The notes under the pieces are model-generated. The model made no database searches. It had not been told where the DNA came from and worked only from the letters and a program-made list of their open reading frames with translations. From the human T2T-CHM13v2.0 reference genome, Homo sapiens: a DNA stretch of 64,000 bases. Within the stretch, counting starts at the first letter, position 1; every line of letters starts with the position of its first letter. The position numbers and the translations under genes are program-made. Shown piece after piece: positions 12,262 to 23,479 of the stretch. The stretch lies in assembly GCF_009914755.1 (NCBI RefSeq), contig NC_060928.1; one strand, 5' to 3'.

Positions 12262-15200
12262 CATTCTCAGAAACATCTCTGTGATGTTTGCATTCCACTC
12301 ATAGAGTTGAAAACTTCCTTTCATAGAGCAGGTTTGAAACACTCTTTTTGTAATATTTGGAAGTGGACATTTGCAGCGCTTTGAGGCCTATGGTGAAAAA
12401 GGAAATATCTTCTCATAAAAACCAGAAACAAGCATTCTCAGAAACTTCTTTTTGATGTGTGTAGTCAAGTAACAGAGTTGAACCTTCCTTTTGACACAGC
12501 AGTTTTGAAACAATCTTTTTGTAGAATCTGCAAGTGGATATTTGGATAGCTTTGAGGATTTCGTTGGAAACGGGATATCTTCATATAAAATCTAGACAGA
12601 AGCATTCTCAGAAACTTCTTTGTGCTGTATGTCCTCAATTAACAGAGTTGAACCATTGCTTGGATACAGCATTTTGGAAACATTCCTGGAGTAGAATCTG
12701 CAAGTTGATATTTACATAGATTTGAAGATTTCGTTGGAAAAGGGAATATCTCCATATAAAATCTAGAGGGAAGCATTCTCAGAAACTGCTTTGTGATGTT
12801 TCCATTCAAGTCACAGAGTTGAATATTCCCTTTTATAGAGCACGTTTGAAACACTCTTTCTGCACTATCTGGAAGTGGACATTTCGAGCGCTTTGAGGCC
12901 TATGGTGAAAAAGGAAATATCTTCCCATAAAAACTAGACAGAAGCATTCTCAGAAACTTGTTTGTGATGTGTGTATTCAACTAACAGAGTTGAACTTTTG
13001 TTTTTACAGAGCCGTTTTAAAACACTCTTTTTGTGGAATCAGAAAGTGGATATTCGGATGGCTCTGAGGATTTCGTTGGAAGCGGGATTACATATAAAAT
13101 CTAGAGAAAAGCATTCTCAGGAACTTCTTTGTGATGTTTGCATTGAAGTCACAGAATTGAACATTCACTTTGATAGAGCAGGTTTGAAACACTCATTCTG
13201 TAGTATCTGGATGTGGACATTTCAAGCGCTTTCAGGCCTATGGTGAGAAAGGAAATATCTTCGAATAAAAACTAGACAGAAGCATCCTCAGAAACTTATT
13301 TGTGATGTGTGTCCTCAACTAACAGAGTTGAAACTTTGTTTTGATACAGCATTTTGGAAACTCTCTTTTTGTAGAATCTGCAGGTGGATATTTGGATAGC
13401 TTAGAGGGATTCGTTGGAAAGGGGATATCTTCATATAAAATCTAGACAGAAGCATTCTCAGAAACTTATTTGTGATGTGTGTCCTCAACTAACAGAGTTG
13501 AACCTTGGTTTTGATACAGCATTTTGGAAACACTCCTTTTGTAGAATCTGCAGGTGGATATGTGGATAGCTCTGAAGATTTCATTGGAAACGGGAATTTC
13601 TTCATATAAAATCAAACAGAAGCATTCTCAGAAACTTCTCAGTGATGTTTGCATTCAGCTCATGGAGTTGAACACTTCCTTTCATAGAGCCGGTTTGAAA
13701 CACTCTTTCTGCACTACCTGGAAGAGGACATTTCGAGCGCTTTGAGTCCTATGGTGAAAAGGGAAATATCTTCTCATAAAAACCAGAAAGAAGCATTCTC
13801 AGAAACTTCTTTGTGTTGTGTGTACTCATGTAACAGTGTTGAACCATCCTTTTGACAGAGCAGTTTTGAAACACTCTTTTTGTAGAATCTGCAAGTGGAT
13901 ATTTGGATAGCTTTGAGGATTTCGTTGGAAACGGGATGACATATAATATCTAGAGAGAAGCATTCTCAGGAACTTCTTTGTGATGTTTGCATTAAAGTCA
14001 CAGAATTGAACATTCCCTTTCATAGAGCAGGTTTGAAACACTCTTTCTCTAGTATCTGGAAGTGGGCATTTCAAGCGCTTTCAGGCCTATGGAGAGAAAG
14101 GAAATACCTTCAAATAAAAACTAGACAGAAGCATTCTCAGAAACTTATTTGTGATGTGTGTCCTCAACTAACAGAGTTGAACCTTTGTTTTGATACAGCA
14201 TTTTGGAAACACTCCTTTTGTAGAATCTGCAGGTGGATATTTGGATAGCTTTGAAGATTTCGTTGGAAACCGGAATATCTTCATATAAAATCAAGACAGA
14301 AGCATTCTCGGAAACAGCTCTGTGATGTTTGCATTCAACTCAGTAGAGTTGAACACTTCCTTTCATAGAGCAGGTTTGAAACACTCTTTCTGCACTACCT
14401 GGAAGCGGACATTTCGAGCGCTTTGAGGCCTATGGTGAAAAAGGAAATATCTTCTCATAAAAACCAGAAAGAAGCATTCTCAGAAACTTCTTTGTGTTGT
14501 GTGTACTCAAGTAACAGTGTTGAACCTTCCTTTTGACACAGCAGTTTTGAAACACTCTTTTGGTAGAATCTGCAAGTGGATATTTGGATAGCTTTGAGGA
14601 TTTCCTTGGAAACGGGTTGTCTTCATATAAAATCCAGACAGGAGCATTCTCAGAAACTTCTTTGTGCTGCATGTCCTCAATTCACAGAGCTGAAACTTTG
14701 TTTAGATACAGCATTTTGGAAACATTCCTTTAGTAGAATCTGCAAGTTGATATTTAGATAGCTTTGAAGATTTCGTTGGAAACGGGAATATCTTCATAGA
14801 AAATCTAGACGGAAGCATTCTCAGAAACTGCTTTGTGATGTTTGCATTCAAGTCACAGAGTTGAATATTCCCTTTTATAGAGTAGGTTTGAAACACTCTT
14901 TTGGCACTACCTGGAAGTGGATATTTCGAGCTCTTTGAGGCCTATGGTTAAAAGGAAATATCTTCCCATAAAAACTAGACAGAAGCCATCTCAGAAACTT
15001 GTTTGTGATGTGTGTATTCAACTAACAGAGTTGAACATTTCTGTTACAGAGCAATTTTAAAACACTCTTTTTGTGGAATCTGAAAGTGGATAATTGGATA
15101 GCTTTGTGGATTTCGTTGGAAACGGGATGACGTATAAAATCTAGAGAGAAGCATTCTCAGGAACTTCTTTCTGATGTTTGCATTCAAGTCACAGAATTGA

Positions 15201-15493
15201 ACATTCCTTTTCATAATGCAGGTTTGAAACACTCTTTCTGTAGTATCTGGAAGTGGACATTTCAAGCGTTTTCAGGCCTACGGGGAGAAAGGAAATATCT
15301 TCAAATAAAAACTAGACAGAAGGATTCTCAGAAACTTATTTGGGATGTGTGTCCTAAACGAACACAGTTGAACCTTTGTTTTGATACAGCATTTTGGAAA
15401 CACTCCTTTTGTAGGATCTGCAGGTGGATATTTGGATAGATTTTAAGATTTCGTTGGAAACGGGAGTTTCTTCATAGAAACTCAAGACAGATG
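12262..15493 (+). repeat. 19-mer HOR, copy of 6479-9710
   Basis: Same private variants at +5783, e.g. TTTCATTGG at 13579 and TTTCCTTGG at 14601. Confidence 0.93.
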
Positions 15494-17870
15494 CATTCTC
15501 AGAAACATCTCTGTGATGTTTGCATTCCACTCATAGAGTTGAAAACTTCCTTTCATAGAGCAGGTTTGAAACACTCTTTTTGTAATATTTGGAAGTGGAC
15601 ATTTGCAGCGCTTTGAGGCCTATGGTGAAAAAGGAAATATCTTCTCATAAAAACCAGAAACAAGCATTCTCAGAAACTTCTTTTTGATGTGTGTAGTCAA
15701 GTAACAGAGTTGAACCTTCCTTTTGACACAGCAGTTTTGAAACAATCTTTTTGTAGAATCTGCAAGTGGATATTTGGATAGCTTTGAGGATTTCGTTGGA
15801 AACGGGATATCTTCATATAAAATCTAGACAGAAGCATTCTCAGAAACTTCTTTGTGCTGTATGTCCTCAATTAACAGAGTTGAACCATTGCTTGGATACA
15901 GCATTTTGGAAACATTCCTGGAGTAGAATCTGCAAGTTGATATTTAGATAGATTTGAAGATTTCGTTGGAAAAGGGAATATCTCCATATAAAATCTAGAG
16001 GGAAGCATTCTCAGAAACTGCTTTGTGATGTTTCCATTCAAGTCACAGAGTTGAATATTCCCTTTTATAGAGCACGTTTGAAACACTCTTTCTGCACTAT
16101 CTGGAAGTGGACATTTCGAGCGCTTTGAGGCCTATGGTGAAAAAGGAAATATCTTCCCATAAAAACTAGACAGAAGCATTCTCAGAAACTTGTTTGTGAT
16201 GTGTGTATTCAACTAACAGAGTTGAACTTTTGTTTTTACAGAGCCGTTTTAAAACACTCTTTTTGTGGAATCAGAAAGTGGATATTCGGATGGCTCTGAG
16301 GATTTCGTTGGAAGCGGGATTACATATAAAATCTAGAGAGAAGCATTCTCAGGAACTTCTTTGTGATGTTTGCATTGAAGTCACAGAATTGAACATTCAC
16401 TTTGATAGAGCAGGTTTGAAACACTCATTCTGTAGTATCTGGAAGTGGACATTTCAAGCGCTTTCAGGCCTATGGTGAGAAAGGAAATATCTTCGAATAA
16501 AAACTAGACAGAAGCATCCTCAGAAACTTATTTGTGATGTGTGTCCTCAACTAACAGAGTTGAAACTTTGTTTTGATACAGCATTTTGGAAACACTCTTT
16601 TTGTAGAATCTGCAGGTGGATATTTGGATAGCTTAGAGGGATTCGTTGGAAAGGGGATATCTTCATATAAAATCTAGACAGAAGCATTCTCAGAAACTTA
16701 TTTGTGATGTGTGTCCTCAACTAACAGAGTTGAACCTTGGTTTTGATACAGCATTTTGGAAACACTCCTTTTGTAGAATCTGCAGGTGGATATGTGGATA
16801 GCTCTGAAGATTTCGTTGGAAACGGGAATTTCTTCATATAAAATCAAACAGAAGCATTCTCAGAAACTTCTCAGTGATGTTTGCATTCAGCTCATGGAGT
16901 TGAACACTTCCTTTCATAGAGCCGGTTTGAAACACTCTTTCTGCACTACCTGGAAGAGGACATTTCGAGCGCTTTGAGTCCTATGGTGAAAAAGGAAATA
17001 TCTTCTCATAAAAACCAGAAAGAAGCATTCTCAGAAACTTCTTTGTGTTGTGTGTACTCATGTAACAGTGTTGAACCATCCTTTTGACAGAGCAGTTTTG
17101 AAACACTCTTTTGGTAGAATCTGCAAGTGGATATTTGGATAGCTTTGAGGATTTCGTTGGAAACGGGATGACATATAATATCTAGAGAGAAGCATTCTCA
17201 GGAACTTCTTTGTGATGTTTGCATTCAAGTCACAGAGTTGAATATTCCCTTTTATAGAGTAGGTTTGAAACACTCTTTTGGCACTACCTGGAAGTGGATA
17301 TTTCGAGCTCTTTGAGCCCTATGGTTAAAAGGAAATATCTTCCCATAAAAACTAGACAGAAGCCATCTCAGAAACTTGTTTGTGATGTGTGTATTCAACT
17401 AACAGAGTTGAACATTTCTGTTACAGAGCAATTTTAAAACACTCTTTTTGTGGAATCTGAAAGTGGATAATTGGATAGCTTTGTGGATTTCGTTGGAAAC
17501 GGGATGACGTATAAAATCTAGAGAGAAGCATTCTCAGGAACTTCTTTCTGATGTTTGCATTCAAGTCACAGAATTGAACATTCCTTTTCATAATGCAGGT
17601 TTGAAACACTCTTTCTGTAGTATCTGGAAGTGGACATTTCAAGCGTTTTCAGGCCTACGGGGAGAAAGGAAATATCTTCAAATAAAAACTAGACAGAAGG
17701 ATTCTCAGAAACTTATTTGTGATGTGTGTCCTAAACGAACACAGTTGAACCTTTGTTTTGATACAGCATTTTGGAAACACTCCTTTTGTAGGATCTGCAG
17801 GTGGATATTTGGATAGATTTTAAGATTTCGTTGGAAACGGGAGTTTCTTCATAGAAACTCAAGACAGATG
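15494..17870 (+). repeat. 14-mer HOR variant (2377 bp), M11/M16 hybrid at 17193
   Basis: Hybrid starts CATTCTCAGGAACTTCTTTG (M11) and continues CAGAGTTGAATATTCCCTTTTATAGAGTAGG (M16). Confidence 0.93.
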
Positions 17871-20247
17871 CATTCTCAGAAACATCTCTGTGATGTTTGC
17901 ATTCCACTCATAGAGTTGAAAACTTCCTTTCATAGAGCAGGTTTGAAACACTCTTTTTGTAATATTTGGAAGTGGACATTTGCAGCGCTTTGAGGCCTAT
18001 GGTGAAAAAGGAAATATCTTCTCATAAAAACCAGAAACAAGCATTCTCAGAAACTTCTTTTTGATGTGTGTAGTCAAGTAACAGAGTTGAACCTTCCTTT
18101 TGACACAGCAGTTTTGAAACAATCTTTTTGTAGAATCTGCAAGTGGATATTTGGATAGCTTTGAGGATTTCGTTGGAAACGGGATATCTTCATATAAAAT
18201 CTAGACAGAAGCATTCTCAGAAACTTCTTTGTGCTGTATGTCCTCAATTAACAGAGTTGAACCATTGCTTGGATACAGCATTTTGGAAACATTCCTGGAG
18301 TAGAATCTGCAAGTTGATATTTAGATAGATTTGAAGATTTCGTTGGAAAAGGGAATATCTCCATATAAAATCTAGAGGGAAGCATTCTCAGAAACTGCTT
18401 TGTGATGTTTCCATTCAAGTCACAGAGTTGAATATTCCCTTTTATAGAGCACGTTTGAAACACTCTTTCTGCACTATCTGGAAGTGGACATTTCGAGCGC
18501 TTTGAGGCCTATGGTGAAAAAGGAAATATCTTCCCATAAAAACTAGACAGAAGCATTCTCAGAAACTTGTTTGTGATGTGTGTATTCAACTAACAGAGTT
18601 GAACTTTTGTTTTTACAGAGCCGTTTTAAAACACTCTTTTTGTGGAATCAGAAAGTGGATATTCGGATGGCTCTGAGGATTTCGTTGGAAGCGGGATTAC
18701 ATATAAAATCTAGAGAGAAGCATTCTCAGGAACTTCTTTGTGATGTTTGCATTGAAGTCACAGAATTGAACATTCACTTTGATAGAGCAGGTTTGAAACA
18801 CTCATTCTGTAGTATCTGGAAGTGGACATTTCAAGCGCTTTCAGGCCTATGGTGAGAAAGGAAATATCTTCGAATAAAAACTAGACAGAAGCATCCTCAG
18901 AAACTTATTTGTGATGTGTGTCCTCAACTAACAGAGTTGAAACTTTGTTTTGATACAGCATTTTGGAAACACTCTTTTTGTAGAATCTGCAGGTGGATAT
19001 TTGGATAGCTTAGAGGGATTCGTTGGAAAGGGGATATCTTCATATAAAATCTAGACAGAAGCATTCTCAGAAACTTATTTGTGATGTGTGTCCTCAACTA
19101 ACAGAGTTGAACCTTGGTTTTGATACAGCATTTTGGAAACACTCCTTTTGTAGAATCTGCAGGTGGATATGTGGATAGCTCTGAAGATTTCGTTGGAAAC
19201 GGGAATTTCTTCATATAAAATCAAACAGAAGCATTCTCAGAAACTTCTCAGTGATGTTTGCATTCAGCTCATGGAGTTGAACACTTCCTTTCATAGAGCC
19301 GGTTTGAAACACTCTTTCTGCACTACCTGGAAGAGGACATTTCGAGCGCTTTGAGTCCTATGGTGAAAAAGGAAATATCTTCTCATAAAAACCAGAAAGA
19401 AGCATTCTCAGAAACTTCTTTGTGTTGTGTGTACTCATGTAACAGTGTTGAACCATCCTTTTGACAGAGCAGTTTTGAAACACTCTTTTGGTAGAATCTG
19501 CAAGTGGATATTTGGATAGCTTTGAGGATTTCGTTGGAAACGGGATGACATATAATATCTAGAGAGAAGCATTCTCAGGAACTTCTTTGTGATGTTTGCA
19601 TTCAAGTCACAGAGTTGAATATTCCCTTTTATAGAGTAGGTTTGAAACACTCTTTTGGCACTACCTGGAAGTGGATATTTCGAGCTCTTTGAGGCCTATG
19701 GTTAAAAGGAAATATCTTCCCATAAAAACTAGACAGAAGCCATCTCAGAAACTTGTTTGTGATGTGTGTATTCAACTAACAGAGTTGAACATTTCTGTTA
19801 CAGAGCAATTTTAAAACACTCTTTTTGTGGAATCTGAAAGTGGATAATTGGATAGCTTTGTGGATTTCGTTGGAAACGGGATGACGTATAAAATCTAGAG
19901 AGAAGCATTCTCAGGAACTTCTTTCTGATGTTTGCATTCAAGTCACAGAATTGAACATTCCTTTTCATAATGCAGGTTTGAAACACTCTTTCTGTAGTAT
20001 CTGGAAGTGGACATTTCAAGCGTTTTCAGGCCTACGGGGAGAAAGGAAATATCTTCAAATAAAAACTAGACAGAAGGATTCTCAGAAACTTATTTGTGAT
20101 GTGTGTCCTAAACGAACACAGTTGAACCTTTGTTTTGATACAGCATTTTGGAAACACTCCTTTTGTAGGATCTGCAGGTGGATATTTGGATAGATTTTAA
20201 GATTTCGTTGGAAACGGGAGTTTCTTCATAGAAACTCAAGACAGATG
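17871..20247 (+). repeat. 14-mer HOR variant (2377 bp), second tandem copy; hybrid at 19570
   Basis: Identical junction at +2377. Confidence 0.93.
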
Positions 20248-23200
20248 CATTCTCAGAAACATCTCTGTGATGTTTGCATTCCACTCATAGAGTTGAAAAC
20301 TTCCTTTCATAGAGCAGGTTTGAAACACTCTTTTTGTAATATTTGGAAGTGGACATTTGCAGCGCTTTGAGGCCTATGGTGAAAAAGGAAATATCTTCTC
20401 ATAAAAACCAGAAACAAGCATTCTCAGAAACTTCTTTTTGATGTGTGTAGTCAAGTAACAGAGTTGAACCTTCCTTTTGACACAGCAGTTTTGAAACAAT
20501 CTTTTTGTAGAATCTGCAAGTGGATATTTGGATAGCTTTGAGGATTTCGTTGGAAACGGGATATCTTCATATAAAATCTAGACAGAAGCATTCTCAGAAA
20601 CTTCTTTGTGCTGTATGTCCTCAATTAACAGAGTTGAACCATTGCTTGGATACAGCATTTTGGAAACATTCCTGGAGTAGAATCTGCAAGTTGATATTTA
20701 GATAGATTTGAAGATTTCGTTGGAAAAGGGAATATCTCCATATAAAATCTAGAGGGAAGCATTCTCAGAAACTGCTTTGTGATGTTTCCATTCAAGTCAC
20801 AGAGTTGAATATTCCCTTTTATAGAGCACGTTTGAAACACTCTTTCTGCACTATCTGGAAGTGGACATTTCGAGCGCTTTGAGGCCTATGGTGAAAAAGG
20901 AAATATCTTCCCATAAAAACTAGACAGAAGCATTCTCAGAAACTTGTTTGTGATGTGTGTATTCAACTAACAGAGTTGAACTTTTGTTTTTACAGAGCCG
21001 TTTTAAAACACTCTTTTTGTGGAATCAGAAAGTGGATATTCGGATGGCTCTGAGGATTTCGTTGGAAGCGGGATTACATATAAAATCTAGAGAGAAGCAT
21101 TCTCAGGAACTTCTTTGTGATGTTTGCATTGAAGTCACAGAATTGAACATTCACTTTGATAGAGCAGGTTTGAAACACTCATTCTGTAGTATCTGGAAGT
21201 GGACATTTCAAGCGCTTTCAGGCCTATGGTGAGAAAGGAAATATCTTCGAATAAAAACTAGACAGAAGCATCCTCAGAAACTTATTTGTGATGTGTGTCC
21301 TCAACTAACAGAGTTGAAACTTTGTTTTGATACAGCATTTTGGAAACACTCTTTTTGTAGAATCTGCAGGTGGATATTTGGATAGCTTAGAGGGATTCGT
21401 TGGAAAGGGGATATCTTCATATAAAATCTAGACAGAAGCATTCTCAGAAACTTATTTGTGATGTGTGTCCTCAACTAACAGAGTTGAACCTTGGTTTTGA
21501 TACAGCATTTTGGAAACACTCCTTTTGTAGAATCTGCAGGTGGATATGTGGATAGCTCTGAAGATTTCGTTGGAAACGGGAATTTCTTCATATAAAATCA
21601 AACAGAAGCATTCTCAGAAACTTCTCAGTGATGTTTGCATTCAGCTCATGGAGTTGAACACTTCCTTTCATAGAGCCGGTTTGAAACACTCTTTCTGCAC
21701 TACCTGGAAGAGGACATTTCGAGCGCTTTGAGTCCTATGGTGAAAAAGGAAATATCTTCTCATAAAAACCAGAAAGAAGCATTCTCAGAAACTTCTTTGT
21801 GTTGTGTGTACTCATGTAACAGTGTTGAACCATCCTTTTGACAGAGCAGTTTTGAAACACTCTTTTTGTAGAATCTGCAAGTGGATATTTGGATAGCTTT
21901 GAGGATTTCGTTGGAAACGGGATGACATATAATATCTAGAGAGAAGCATTCTCAGGAACTTCTTTGTGATGTTTGCATTCAAGTCACAGAATTGAACATT
22001 CCCTTTCATAGAGCAGGTTTGAAACACTCTTTCTCTAGTATCTGGAAGTGGGCATTTCAAGCGCTTTCAGGCCTATGGAGAGAAAGGAAATACCTTCAAA
22101 TAAAAACTAGACAGAAGCATTCTCAGAAACTTATTTGTGATGTGTGTCCTCAACTAACAGAGTTGAACCTTTGTTTTGATACAGCATTTTGGAAACACTC
22201 CTTTTGTAGAATCTGCAGGTGGATATTTGGATAGCTTTGAAGATTTCGTTGGAAACCGGAATATCTTCATATAAAATCAAGACAGAAGCATTCTCGGAAA
22301 CATCTCTGTGATGTTTGCATTCAACTCAGTAGAGTTGAACACTTCCTTTCATAGAGCCGGTTTGAAACACTCTTTCTGCACTACCTGGAAGCGGACATTT
22401 CGAGCGCTTTGAGGCCTATGGTGAAAAAGGAAATATCTTCTCATAAAAACCAGAAAGAAGCATTCTCAGAAACTTCTTTGTGTTGTGTGTACTCAAGTAA
22501 CAGTGTTGAACCTTCCTTTTGACACAGCAGTTTTGAAACACTCTTTTGGTAGAATCTGCAAGTGGATATTTGGATAGCTTTGAGGATTTCGTTGGAAACG
22601 GGTTATCTTCATATAAAATCCAGACAGGAGCATTCTCAGAAACTTCTTTGTGCTGCATATCCTCAATTCACAGAGCTGAACCTTTGTTTGGATACAGCAT
22701 TTTGGAAACATTCCTTTAGTAGAATCTGCAAGTTGATATTTAGATAGCTTTGAAGATTTCGTTGGAAACGGGAATATCTTCATAGAAAATCTAGACGGAA
22801 GCATTCTCAGAAACTGCTTTGTGATGTTTGCATTCAAGTCACAGAGTTGAATATTCCCTTTTATAGAGTAGGTTTGAAACACTCTTTTGGCACTACCTGG
22901 AAGTGGATATTTCGAGCTCTTTGAGGCCTATGGTTAAAAGGAAATATCTTCCCATAAAAACTAGACAGAAGCCATCTCAGAAACTTGTTTGTGATGTGTG
23001 TATTCAACTAACAGAGTTGAACATTTCTGTTACAGAGCAATTTTAAAACACTCTTTTTGTGGAATCTGAAAGTGGATAATTGGATAGCTTTGTGGATTTC
23101 GTTGGAAACGGGATGACGTATAAAATCTAGAGAGAAGCATTCTCAGGAACTTCTTTCTGATGTTTGCATTCAAGTCACAGAATTGAACATTCCTTTTCAT

Positions 23201-23479
23201 AGTGCAGGTTTGAAACACTCTTTCTGTAGTATCTGGAAGTGGACATTTCAAGCGCTTTCAGGCCTACGGGGAGAAAGGAAATATCTTCAAATAAAAACTA
23301 GACAGAAGGATTCTCAGAAACTTATTTGTGATGTGTGTCCTAAACGAACACAGTTGAACCTTTGTTTTGATACAGCATTTTGGAAACACTCCTTTTGTAG
23401 GATCTGCAGGTGGATATTTGGATAGATTTTAAGATTTCGTTGGAAACGGGAGTTTCTTCATAGAAACTCAAGACAGATG
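20248..23479 (+). repeat. Canonical 19-mer HOR (3232 bp)
   Basis: All M1-M19 present. Type order A B B* A B A B* B A B A B* A B B A B A B (* = broken CENP-B core). Confidence 0.95.
22244..22260 (+). other. Degenerate CENP-B box (M12), predicted non-binding; representative
   Basis: TTTCGTTGGAAACCGGA; core CGGG changed to CCGG. Confidence 0.85.
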
